Part shown: piece after piece, positions 55,169-63,858 of the stretch
Layout: each line of letters opens with the position of its first letter
Numbering within the stretch: position 1 is the first letter of the stretch
DNA from: a bacterium
GTDB taxonomy: Bacteria > Vulcanimicrobiota > JABDET01
Length of the DNA: 64,000 bases
Direction: 5' to 3'
Assembly (NCBI GenBank): GCA_021817145.1
Contig: JAKAVV010000003.1
Coordinates: 78,764 to 142,763, forward strand
Notes under the pieces: generated by a model
Told to the model about the DNA's origin: nothing
Databases searched by the model: none
What the model saw: the letters and a program-made list of their open reading frames with translations, nothing else
Program-made: the position numbers and the translations under genes

Positions 55169-56461
55169 ATGAAGCATAAGAAAGGGATTGTTCTAGCGTA
55201 TGTTTTAATTTTTCTGCTGGTTTTAGTGGTGCTGGGTTTTGCTTTAGGTTCTTCTGGCATTTTTTCATTGTCCCGCTCATTTCAAATTCAAAATTCAACT
55301 TCTGCTCTGTATGCTGCTCAAGCGGGAATTGCTGATGAGGTTTATAATATTGAAGAGAATCAACTTGCGCCTGTTCCTCAATGTCCACCTTCTGTTGGTA
55401 ATAATAGTTATACTCTTCCGAACACCATTCTCCCCAATAATACCAGGATCTCAAATCAAACGATTTTAGCTAATTATGGAAGCGGATGTGCGAGTTCTGC
55501 TGTTATCAATGGGATTACCATCCCTCCTGGAATGGCTTATTTGAGCGCAGTGGGAAGTATTTCAACGACCCATAAAACAGTGAATGAACTGCTTCAAATT
55601 GACAGTTGGCCATTTCAGGGCGCAGGGTTTGGCAGCAGTTCTGTCGCATTAAGTGGAAATGCCTCAACTGATAGTTATGAATCTAAAGCTTGTGGAGGAG
55701 GGATGTATGGTGGAAGTAATATCTCTCAAGATGGAAATATAGGAACTAATTCTTCGTCAAATGGAGCTGTTGACTTAAGTGGAAACGCTGATATCGGAGG
55801 AGCTGTCAGTGTTGGACCTGGAGGAACGGCCGGATCTCCGACTGTTTCCACTTCAGGCAGTGTCAACTGCCCTGGATCTTCATGTTCTGGCGGAGTTAAT
55901 ATTCTTCCTGCTCCTTTTCCAATGCCAGTTATTACAGATCCTTATGGAGGGGCAGGAACAACTAATGTTAACCTTTCTGGAAGCACGAATTATGGAGTTC
56001 TTACCCCAGGGCAGTATGGAAGTATTTCTTTGTCTGGAACCTCTACTCTTGAATTGACTTGCGGGAATTATTCCATTAATAGTTTACAGATGAGTGGAAA
56101 TGGAGAAATCACGATTGATTCTTCATGTTCAGAATCAAACCCCGTAAAACTGTATGTTTACAACTCTTTAACAATTTCAGGGAATGGATTTATCAATAAT
56201 GAGGAAGCTCCTACTTTGTTGATTTACGGGATGCCTACTCTGACCACCGCATCTATTAGCGGCAATGGAAATGGAGGGTATGCCCTTTATGCTCCAAATA
56301 CTAACGTCACGATTACAGGGAATGGGGATCTTTACGGGTCAATTATTGGAAAAACAATCACTAACTCCGGAAACGCTAAAATCCACTATGACACATGTCT
56401 TGGGATAGATGCTTACACAAAACTCAATCTTCCTATTCCTAAAAGCTGGAACTCCCAGTGA
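55169..56461 (+). CDS. PilX-like minor pilin / pilus-tip protein with long Gly/Ser/Asn-rich repetitive (beta-helix-like) region
   Basis: Hydrophobic PilX_N-like N-terminus MKHKKGIVLAYVLIFLLVLVVLGFALGS with no Glu at +5. This is followed by ~350 aa of SGN/GGS-rich repeats (..SGNASTD.., ..SGNADIGG.., ..ISGNGNGG.., ..ITGNGDLYG..). Confidence 0.5.
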   Translation: MKHKKGIVLAYVLIFLLVLVVLGFALGSSGIFSLSRSFQIQNSTSALYAAQAGIADEVYNIEENQLAPVPQCPPSVGNNSYTLPNTILPNNTRISNQTILANYGSGCASSAVINGITIPPGMAYLSAVGSISTTHKTVNELLQIDSWPFQGAGFGSSSVALSGNASTDSYESKACGGGMYGGSNISQDGNIGTNSSSNGAVDLSGNADIGGAVSVGPGGTAGSPTVSTSGSVNCPGSSCSGGVNILPAPFPMPVITDPYGGAGTTNVNLSGSTNYGVLTPGQYGSISLSGTSTLELTCGNYSINSLQMSGNGEITIDSSCSESNPVKLYVYNSLTISGNGFINNEEAPTLLIYGMPTLTTASISGNGNGGYALYAPNTNVTITGNGDLYGSIIGKTITNSGNAKIHYDTCLGIDAYTKLNLPIPKSWNSQ

Positions 56462-56467
56462 AATGGA

Positions 56468-58294
56468 TTGAAAACTTTCCCCGTGATCCTTAATCATCAG
56501 TATGAAATTAAAGAAAAACTGGCTGAAGGGGCTAAAGGAGCTTTTTTTTCCGCTTTCAATCAAAAAAGCGGATCGAACTGTCTTGTTAAAGCTTACAGAA
56601 GCTTTTCAAAAGTGGAAGATTATCGAGGAATTCAGGAAGAGATAGACAGTCTTAAAAAAATTAAAGATAACGCGCCTCCTATTCTCTTAAAAGTTTTAGA
56701 TGTTTTTGAAGAAAACAAAGCCTGGTATGCGATTTTTGAGGAGATAAAAGGGGTTCCTTTAATGAAAGCTTTTTCTCCCTTAAAAGGACAGTTAAGCTCT
56801 GAAGAGACTCTGCGGTATTTTTTAGAACTAGTTGATGGAATTTCCATTTTGGAAAAGGAGAATGAAAATTTGAGAATCACCAGCCTCAGCCCTGAAAATA
56901 TCATCCTGACAGGAGAAGAGATTAAAATCTTGGATTTCGAACAAGACCTGGTCCTAGAGGGAAATCTATCCCCCTTGGAAAACACCCATTTTTTATCAGA
57001 ACAAGAAGTCTTAGAAAGATTGGGAAGAATATTGTATTTTCTCCTGACTCGAGAAACTCCCCCTTTTTCTCTTTCCAATTGGCGGGATCCCCGCGAGTTT
57101 AATCCTGGTTTGCACCCTGGACTGCTGAGCATTTTAAGAAAGTGTGTGGATCCAAGACCAGAAAAGCGGTTCCAAAATCTAGGAAATCTTCAAGCAGAAC
57201 TGCGCAGCCCTGATCTGCTCAAACAAAAAGAGAGAGAAAAAAAACAAGCTGATCTCCTTATTCCACTCAGCCAGATTTTACCCCAGGGAGAAAAAAAGGA
57301 AATTCCTGCCTGGAAAGCCATTTTAGCGATCCCTATCCTTCTTGGGTTTCTGTTTTTAATAAAATACAGTTTTAATTTTTTGTTCAGTTCCCCTTCGAAT
57401 TCTTCCCTTAAAAAGTTCGCTGTTCAAGAAAAAACATTGTGCGCTGCCATTCCAAAAGGGATTGGCTGGTTTAATCTAAAGACAGGAAAAGAGATTAAGT
57501 CCTTTCCACTAGCAGGAAATTTCAATGATCTGATTCCTGTCCCTTCTCTGCAAGAATTTATTGTCACGGACTCTAATTCAAACAGCGCTTTTTTGGTGAA
57601 CCCCAATCAGCCTGAAAATCGCTGGCATTTGATTTTCGACGGCGCTGTAAAAGCGATTGTTTTTAAGGCTTCAGATGGGCTTATCTATGTTTGCAGTGGA
57701 GAGGATCGGCAGATTGTTCAAACAACTCTAGAGGCAGACAGCGTTTTTTCTTCTACCATTCATTTTCCTTATCCACCTGTCCGGCTGATTCTTAATCCAT
57801 CAGGAAAAAAGCTTTATATTGCTTCAAGACATGATTTATCTCTTCGAGTTTTGGATACCAACGCAAACAGCGTGGAAAAGCTCTCTACTTTCCCTGAACC
57901 TCCTGTTCTTTTATATGCAGGGGAAAGCCGTCTAGCGGTTTATCTTCCTCAATCCCAAGTTTTAGAAGTATTAACTGTTTCAGGGAATCCAATCTCTTCA
58001 TTTCCCATTGATTTAAGCAAGGAATCTCAAATGATCTTCTTTCCTCCACATACCGGTATTATCTGGTCTCATGGGAAAAGTTTAAGGATTTTAAATTTAA
58101 AATTGGGTCAGATGATTCAAAGGATAAGACTGAGTTTTTCCCCCTTTCTTGCTGTCAAAGATCCTGGAACAAGGAAATTTTTCATGGCGGGGAAAAGAGG
58201 AGGGATTTATCTTTTTTCTCTTGAGAATCCTGATTCTCCACAAAAAATATTTGTTCTCCCAGGAGTCTCTGCATTGAGTGTCTGGGATCCGTAG
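56468..58294 (+). CDS. Membrane-anchored protein-kinase-like (probably catalytically dead) domain + TM + C-terminal beta-propeller (YVTN/WD40-like)
   Basis: Kinase-like subdomains: LAEGAKGAFFSA, CLVKAY (VAIK-like Lys), SPENIIL (KPEN-like) and ILDFE (DFG-like). The HRD Asp position reads ITS. TM segment AILAIPILLGFLFLI. C-terminal repeats such as LIYVCSGEDRQI.. and KKLYIASRHDLSLRVLD. Confidence 0.55.
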   Translation: MKTFPVILNHQYEIKEKLAEGAKGAFFSAFNQKSGSNCLVKAYRSFSKVEDYRGIQEEIDSLKKIKDNAPPILLKVLDVFEENKAWYAIFEEIKGVPLMKAFSPLKGQLSSEETLRYFLELVDGISILEKENENLRITSLSPENIILTGEEIKILDFEQDLVLEGNLSPLENTHFLSEQEVLERLGRILYFLLTRETPPFSLSNWRDPREFNPGLHPGLLSILRKCVDPRPEKRFQNLGNLQAELRSPDLLKQKEREKKQADLLIPLSQILPQGEKKEIPAWKAILAIPILLGFLFLIKYSFNFLFSSPSNSSLKKFAVQEKTLCAAIPKGIGWFNLKTGKEIKSFPLAGNFNDLIPVPSLQEFIVTDSNSNSAFLVNPNQPENRWHLIFDGAVKAIVFKASDGLIYVCSGEDRQIVQTTLEADSVFSSTIHFPYPPVRLILNPSGKKLYIASRHDLSLRVLDTNANSVEKLSTFPEPPVLLYAGESRLAVYLPQSQVLEVLTVSGNPISSFPIDLSKESQMIFFPPHTGIIWSHGKSLRILNLKLGQMIQRIRLSFSPFLAVKDPGTRKFFMAGKRGGIYLFSLENPDSPQKIFVLPGVSALSVWDP

Positions 58295-59026
58295 TCAGCT
58301 CTTGTTTTGAATTTTAAACTGTTGATAAAGGAGCGGCCTTTGGTTTTCTAAATTGACTACTAAACGAACGCTTTCTCCATCGCAGAAAAACTGGATATGA
58401 ATTCCAGAGTTATGTTCTAGCGAACTCTTTTGAGCTTTTTGAAGAGCATCTAAAAGGCTGACAGCTGGCTCTTGTTCAGGAAGCAGATTGGCTTTTTTCA
58501 TCAACTCTTTTATGAAATCTATCACGGATGGGACAAAGAGCTCTGAATTGATTCTCAGTTCCAGAGAAACATCTTTAATTGTTTTAGAGTGGTTTGATAG
58601 AGATAAAGGTTCGGATTGATTTCTAGCTTCTTTCACTGCTTCATTGGCAAGTCTGTCAGCGATTTTGTTTTTTTCGCGAGGCACATGCTGATAGGTGATT
58701 TCCTTGAATGCGCCGCTTAATTTAACTGCCTGATGATAAAGAATTTTCAACTTCTCGTCTTTGATTTGATAAATTCCTTTGAGCTGATTAATGACTAACT
58801 CGCTGTCAGAAAATACCTGGACTCGTTCAGCTCCTAGATCATGAGCTGCTTGAAGGGCTGTCAAAAGAGCTGTATATTCGGCTTGATTGTTAGTGGCAGT
58901 TCCTATAAATTTTTTGATTTCGCGCTGTCCTTTTGAATTTTCGAACAGAACAGCTCCAATGCCTGCAGGTCCAGGATTCCCTTTTGAAGCTCCATCGAAA
59001 TAAAGGACGATCTCTTTAGCGCTCAT
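58295..59026 (-). CDS. rnhA: RNase H (type 1, RVT_3/RNase-HI-like) with ~100-aa C-terminal extension
   Basis: YFDGASKGNPGPAGIG (Asp), NNQAEYTAL (Glu), VFSDSELV (Asp), ADRLANEA (Asp). The start is probably the ATG at 59026, overlapping the upstream stop as ATGA. The ORF track extends to 59206 in an overlapping frame. Confidence 0.65.
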   Translation of the reverse strand: MSAKEIVLYFDGASKGNPGPAGIGAVLFENSKGQREIKKFIGTATNNQAEYTALLTALQAAHDLGAERVQVFSDSELVINQLKGIYQIKDEKLKILYHQAVKLSGAFKEITYQHVPREKNKIADRLANEAVKEARNQSEPLSLSNHSKTIKDVSLELRINSELFVPSVIDFIKELMKKANLLPEQEPAVSLLDALQKAQKSSLEHNSGIHIQFFCDGESVRLVVNLENQRPLLYQQFKIQNKS

Positions 59027-60198
59027 TTGGTCCGATCCGATTCTGACATTAATTTTTGAATTTTTTGGACTGCTTTTGTTTCTGTGATCTGTTTTCGAAG
59101 AGTGGATTTTACAATTTCCGCTATTGTTTTTAATTCCGACACAGCATGAGGCGAATTTAAGGGTGGGGAAGACCGCGATATTTCCTGAATATAAACTTTC
59201 ATCCACGGGCGTTTTAAGCGTACGTTTTGAAGGTAATCCGGCGAGAGATAGACCTGTTTATTGACAGGTACAGTATTAGTTTTTACAGCCCAGAATTTTA
59301 ACTGGCGGTAATCTGTGATGTAATTGGCAAAATCCCATCCTTTTTTCCCAAAAAAAGCAATCCCTTGAACCTGGAGATATCCCCATAACTTCCCTGCTTC
59401 AGGAAGTGGTTTAACCAGGAATTCGTTTTTAAGAGAAGCTGTTTCATTAGGAAGAAGAATCCAGCTTTTTCCTCGTTTAAAGTCTAATGGGATCGAATAA
59501 GGATGAAGAGTGGTCAAATGGTAACGATTAACCCAGTTCCACCAGACATTTAAAGTGGCTAATTTTTGGTGAAAAAATGTCGAATTTTCTGCTGAGAAAG
59601 TTTTCGAAAAATCTTCCCAAAACTGCCCTAAATCGCTCGAGCTCCATTCGAAAGGAAGAACAATGCCTTCTGTTTTTTCTCCTGGTTCTGTTTTTTTCAC
59701 TAAATTGCTCCACTGACTTAAAGTTGAAATTTGTGCAGAAGGTCTAAAGCTTTTTTTGTTTAGAACCAAAGCAGCTGTTTCTGCTGAAAAAGGGATAATC
59801 CATGCTTGTTTATTGAAAACACAGGACTCCCATATAGGTCTAAAAGTGTCGGATTCAACCATGACCTCAACTGCTGCCCCTGCTTTTTTTAAAATGGTAT
59901 CAGCGGGAAGCAGTTTAGAGCTTAAGCTTCCAATCCACTGGCTGTTAATTAAAGCCAGATCTGGAGATTTGCCTGTTTTAAGGAGATGGAATAAAAGAGC
60001 TGGCGAAGAGATGTTTTTTAATATAACAGGATGATAAGAGTGCTCGGAATTATAATGACGAACAAGTTTTGCCATGACTTTATATTCTGATGGAGAGAGC
60101 GCGGTCCAAAAGCTTCTAGGGCTGACTTGAGCCCATAAACGCGCTGCAGAAAGCCAGAAAAAACAAAATGCAAAAAGGAGAATTGCTCTTTTTATCAC
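59023..60198 (-). CDS. Extracellular solute-binding protein (ABC-type, family-1-like), orphan
   Basis: Signal peptide MIKRAILLFAFCFFWLSAARLWAQ. Size and Trp-rich pattern fit sugar-type SBPs. No permease or ATPase genes are adjacent. Confidence 0.45.
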   Translation of the reverse strand: MIKRAILLFAFCFFWLSAARLWAQVSPRSFWTALSPSEYKVMAKLVRHYNSEHSYHPVILKNISSPALLFHLLKTGKSPDLALINSQWIGSLSSKLLPADTILKKAGAAVEVMVESDTFRPIWESCVFNKQAWIIPFSAETAALVLNKKSFRPSAQISTLSQWSNLVKKTEPGEKTEGIVLPFEWSSSDLGQFWEDFSKTFSAENSTFFHQKLATLNVWWNWVNRYHLTTLHPYSIPLDFKRGKSWILLPNETASLKNEFLVKPLPEAGKLWGYLQVQGIAFFGKKGWDFANYITDYRQLKFWAVKTNTVPVNKQVYLSPDYLQNVRLKRPWMKVYIQEISRSSPPLNSPHAVSELKTIAEIVKSTLRKQITETKAVQKIQKLMSESDRTK

Positions 60199-61394
60199 AG
60201 CACGTTTTTTATTTGAGCCAGAGCTTTCTGAATTTTTTCTATAGAATTGGCATAAGAGAATCGTAGAAATCCTTCCCCTCCGGCTCCAAATGCTTTTCCT
60301 GACAAACAGGCTACACCTGCCTTTTCTAACAGAAAATCAGCCAGCTTCCCGCTGGTCATCCCTGTTTTCTGGATATTAGGGAAGACGTAGAAAGCTCCTC
60401 CAGGGTTTTGGCAGTGGAATCCGGGAATTTCATTTAATCCTTGAACAATACAGTCTCTTCTTTTCTTAAACTCGGCAGTCATTTTTTCAACTTCTTCCTG
60501 AGGTCCTGCCAGAGCTTCTATTCCCGCTTTCTGGACAAAAGTGCAGGTGCAGGCATGGGTATTATTAGCCAGTTTGGTAACTGCTTCTATTAAGGCGTTC
60601 GGCATAATTCCATACCCCAGTCTCCACCCAGTCATCGCATAAGTTTTAGAAAATCCATCAATTAAAATGGTCCTGTTTTTAGGGGGATGTATAGAGTAGT
60701 AAGAAGTATAAGGGGTATCGTAAACAATTCTGCTGTAAATTTCATCGCTGAGAACCCAGAAATCATATTTTTTTGAAAGAAATGCGATTCTTTCTAAATC
60801 CTCGGAAGAAAGCACACTCCCAGTAGGGTTCTGAGGAGAGTTCAAAATTAACATTCTTGTTTTATGAGTGATTTTTCGCTCTAATTCTTTAATATCAAAA
60901 GTGAAGTTTTTATTCTCGTCCAGAGTTAGAAAAACAGGTGTCCCTTCAACAAGCTGGATAAGGGAATGGTAAGTTGGATAAGCTGGATCAGACAAAATAA
61001 CTTCTTCTCCTTTTTCAACCAGAGCCATGATGGCAAAAAAGATCATCATTTTAGCCCCTGGAGTCACAAAAACTTCTTGTGAAGATACTTCTGCATTTCT
61101 CGTGTGGGAGATATAATAGGCGATCTGCTCTTTTAATTCTGGAAACCCGCTGGAAGGAGTATAATATGTTTCCCCTGAGTTTAAAGATTGAATCGCTGCT
61201 TTAGTAATATTATTTGGAGTTTTAAAATCAGGTTCCCCGATCTCCAGATGAATAATCTCTTTCCCTTGTTTTTCCAACTGTTTTGCTTTGGCAAGAACTT
61301 GAAAAGCGCCTTCAAGCCCAAGAAATGAGATCCTGTCTGCGAGTCTGTCATTAGGCTCTCTGCTAATGGAAGGTGAAAGTATCGTTTTGTCCAT
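60195..61394 (-). CDS. Class I/II pyridoxal-phosphate aminotransferase (aspartate aminotransferase family)
   Basis: NSPQNPTG, DEIYSRIVYD and FSKTYAMTGWRLGY (PLP Lys) motifs. 399 aa. Confidence 0.8.
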   Translation of the reverse strand: MDKTILSPSISREPNDRLADRISFLGLEGAFQVLAKAKQLEKQGKEIIHLEIGEPDFKTPNNITKAAIQSLNSGETYYTPSSGFPELKEQIAYYISHTRNAEVSSQEVFVTPGAKMMIFFAIMALVEKGEEVILSDPAYPTYHSLIQLVEGTPVFLTLDENKNFTFDIKELERKITHKTRMLILNSPQNPTGSVLSSEDLERIAFLSKKYDFWVLSDEIYSRIVYDTPYTSYYSIHPPKNRTILIDGFSKTYAMTGWRLGYGIMPNALIEAVTKLANNTHACTCTFVQKAGIEALAGPQEEVEKMTAEFKKRRDCIVQGLNEIPGFHCQNPGGAFYVFPNIQKTGMTSGKLADFLLEKAGVACLSGKAFGAGGEGFLRFSYANSIEKIQKALAQIKNVL

Positions 61395-62172
61395 TGATAT
61401 TTTTTAACATTCCTTTCAATGTTGAATTTTTTGAAAACTTCGGAAAATAAAGATTCCCTTCAATTGTTTCCCCTTCCCGGACAACTTGATTTAAAGCGGG
61501 ATCATAATGGATCAGGTTCACACGCGAGCCAGTAGAAGAATTGATCAGAAAAATATGGGAAGAAAAAGGGGAAAAATCTAGAGGTAAAAAAGAGCGATTC
61601 GTTATTTTGACATGGATAACAATCTCTTTGTTAACAGGGTATTCATATAAAAGCCCCTGGCGATATCTCTGCAATTGAATCAAATCTGAAATTCCATTTT
61701 CTTTAGCAAACTCAAGAGTTTTAGCATCAATTAATCGTTCATTCCAGTGAATTAATGTTATCGTTGTCGCGATATTCGTGAGTTCGCGCCGCACAGAAGA
61801 GGGAAGAGAAAGGTTCTCAACAGCTTTTGCGGTTCCATCATTCTGAGGATAAGCCAGTGAATTCAAGATGGAATTTGCCATAAGATAAGGAGTATTGAAC
61901 GGCATTTGAGGATTATTTGCCGCTTCAAGAATGGATTGTGGAATATTGGGAGGACCCCAAAAAGGTTTTATAGAACCATTAAATCCATTTTCCTGCTGAA
62001 TTGAGGAAAGGGCAAAAATTTGGGTTTGCTGTTTAAGGAGATAATGATAGGTTCGGACAGGTCCTCCTTTTGTAACAATCAGGGGAAGTGGAGCAGGCCC
62101 ATTAGCAAAACTGGAAAAAGGGAAAAACAAGAAAAAAAACGAGAAAAGCGAAATAAAGAGACTCTTTTTCAT
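61363..62172 (-). CDS. Secreted hypothetical protein
   Basis: Signal peptide MKKSLFISLFSFFFLFFPFSSFA. No recognised family. Confidence 0.4.
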   Translation of the reverse strand: MKKSLFISLFSFFFLFFPFSSFANGPAPLPLIVTKGGPVRTYHYLLKQQTQIFALSSIQQENGFNGSIKPFWGPPNIPQSILEAANNPQMPFNTPYLMANSILNSLAYPQNDGTAKAVENLSLPSSVRRELTNIATTITLIHWNERLIDAKTLEFAKENGISDLIQLQRYRQGLLYEYPVNKEIVIHVKITNRSFLPLDFSPFSSHIFLINSSTGSRVNLIHYDPALNQVVREGETIEGNLYFPKFSKNSTLKGMLKNINGQNDTFTFH

Positions 62173-62186
62173 GATGGTTTTCCTCT

Positions 62187-62810
62187 TTGGTTTTCTTCAT
62201 GAAAAAGGAGATTCCCTCTTCGGTTGAGAACAGAAAAAGAAAATTTATGAAATCACAGCGAGAGATCCGGATTAAAAAAGTTCATCCTGGTTCAAAAAAG
62301 AACGGATGGATGGTATTTGTTTTTCTGCTGGTTATGCTTTTGGCATGGATTGTTGTTATGAAACTGTTAATTCACTACCGCTATCCTGTTTACAACCATA
62401 CAAAAATTGTAAAATCGGGTTTACTATACGAGCTCATCATCAACAGAACTCTTTACCGTCCAGGTCAGCCAATAGAACTTAAACTGGTTCTCCAAAACAA
62501 TTCCAATAAAGAGATTGATCTGCGCTTTAAAACAACAGAAAGGGTTAATTTTATCGTTCAAAAAGAGTTAAATTTTATTTTTTTCCACATTCCGACAACA
62601 GTTTGGGAATCTTCGTATGATATTCTGGCAAGGCCTATTCCTAACCGTCTTATTCTAAAACCTAAAAGCAAGAAAATGTTTGAAGCCTCCTGGAATCAAA
62701 AAGACGCGGATGGACATCAGGTATCTCCGGGGTACTATATCATTTCTGCTCGCCTTTTAAATACGGGCTCGAAAACAATTCTGGAACTCCCTGCTGAAAT
62801 GCGCAAGTGA
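62187..62810 (+). CDS. Membrane-anchored hypothetical protein, possible BsuPI-like/Ig-like extracytoplasmic domain
   Basis: TM segment MVFVFLLVMLLAWIVVMKLLI. The C-terminal pattern RPGQPIELKLVLQNNSNKEIDL..VSPGYYIISARL is beta-sandwich-like. The family assignment is weak. Confidence 0.35.
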   Translation: MVFFMKKEIPSSVENRKRKFMKSQREIRIKKVHPGSKKNGWMVFVFLLVMLLAWIVVMKLLIHYRYPVYNHTKIVKSGLLYELIINRTLYRPGQPIELKLVLQNNSNKEIDLRFKTTERVNFIVQKELNFIFFHIPTTVWESSYDILARPIPNRLILKPKSKKMFEASWNQKDADGHQVSPGYYIISARLLNTGSKTILELPAEMRK

Positions 62811-62819
62811 CCTGAGAGG

Positions 62820-63428
62820 ATGATTAAATCTCTTTTAAAGTTCATTATTCATTTTATTTTTCTTTTGGGTTATCCTGGCATTTTTTTTCTGATGCTTCTT
62901 GAAAGCGCCTGTATTCCAATTCCCAGCGAAATTATTCTACCCTTTTCAGGATATCTTGCCAGCATCGGGAAATTGAGCATTGTAGGGGTTATTGCCACAG
63001 CCATTTTAGGAGACTGCGCAGGGGCTGTTCTAATTTATCTAATTGCCAGAAAAAGGGGGATGGCTTTTTTCGAGAGGTACGGAAAGTACGTTTTTATTTC
63101 GAAAAATCATTTACGTCTGGCCGAACGGTTTTTTCAAAAATATGGGAAGTGGGCGGTCTGTCTTGGAAGAATGCTGTCTGTTGTTCGGACTTTTATCGCT
63201 CTTCCCGCGGGAATGACACAAGTGGATTTTTTATCTTTCTGCGGATTAAGCTTTTTAGGCAGCGTGGTTTGGTGTTCAGCTTTGAGTTGCGCGGGTTTTC
63301 TGCTGGGAAAAAACTGGATTCTCCTGCAGCCTTATTTCAGAGCCGCGGAATTTCCTATATTAATAGGAATTGCGGCAGGGATTGGTATCTGGCTGTGGCG
63401 GGGGAAAAAATTAGCAGTTAAAGAGTAA
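62820..63428 (+). CDS. dedA: DedA/SNARE-associated family membrane protein
   Basis: ..KYGKWAVCLGRMLSVVRTFIALPAGM.. DedA signature and 4-5 TM segments. Confidence 0.7.
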   Translation: MIKSLLKFIIHFIFLLGYPGIFFLMLLESACIPIPSEIILPFSGYLASIGKLSIVGVIATAILGDCAGAVLIYLIARKRGMAFFERYGKYVFISKNHLRLAERFFQKYGKWAVCLGRMLSVVRTFIALPAGMTQVDFLSFCGLSFLGSVVWCSALSCAGFLLGKNWILLQPYFRAAEFPILIGIAAGIGIWLWRGKKLAVKE

Positions 63429-63437
63429 GACTGCTAA
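63411..63437. promoter_or_regulatory. CIRCE-like inverted repeat TTAGCAGTT-N9-GACTGCTAA (HrcA-operator-like) upstream of groES, overlapping the dedA stop codon
   Basis: Read directly. Compared with the CIRCE consensus TTAGCACTC-N9-GAGTGCTAA, the centre differs at C and G in a compensated way. A second short palindrome, TTAGC-gatat-GCTAA, sits at 63479-63493 just after a TATAAT at 63466-63471. Confidence 0.5.
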
Positions 63438-63506
63438 AGTTCTGTTTGGATTCCAAAAGAGATGGGTATAATGGAAAAGTTAGCGATATGCTAAAATTTC
63501 AAGGAG

Positions 63507-63821
63507 GTGAAGAAAATGCCTGTTAAAACAGAGCAGAAAGTAAAACCCCTGGGAGATCGGGTCATTGTTGAGCCGATGGAACAGGAAGAAAAGTCTGTCG
63601 GTGGAGTCTATATCCCAGATACAGCGAAAGAAAAACCCCAAAGAGGGAGAATCATGGCGGTTGGAACCGGTCGGGTTCTGGAAAATGGAACCAGAGTTCC
63701 ACTCGAATTAAAAGAAGGACAGCACGTTCTTTATGGCAAGTATTCAGGCACAGAAGTTAAAGTGGATGGGAAAGAGTATTTAATTGTCCGTGAAAGCGAT
63801 GTTCTGGCAGTTTTAGAGTAA
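63507..63821 (+). CDS. groES: Co-chaperonin GroES (Hsp10)
   Basis: [54 protein letters not shown]. 104 aa. Confidence 0.9.
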   Translation: MKKMPVKTEQKVKPLGDRVIVEPMEQEEKSVGGVYIPDTAKEKPQRGRIMAVGTGRVLENGTRVPLELKEGQHVLYGKYSGTEVKVDGKEYLIVRESDVLAVLE

Positions 63822-63858
63822 TTCTAAAAAATTAAAATTATTAAGGAGGATTTAAAAG

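Noticed and set aside
61363-61394. 32-nt overlap between the aminotransferase start and the upstream secreted-protein gene
   Set aside because: It most likely reflects an over-extended N-terminus in the ORF track, since internal Met codons are available. It is not a real overlapping gene arrangement.
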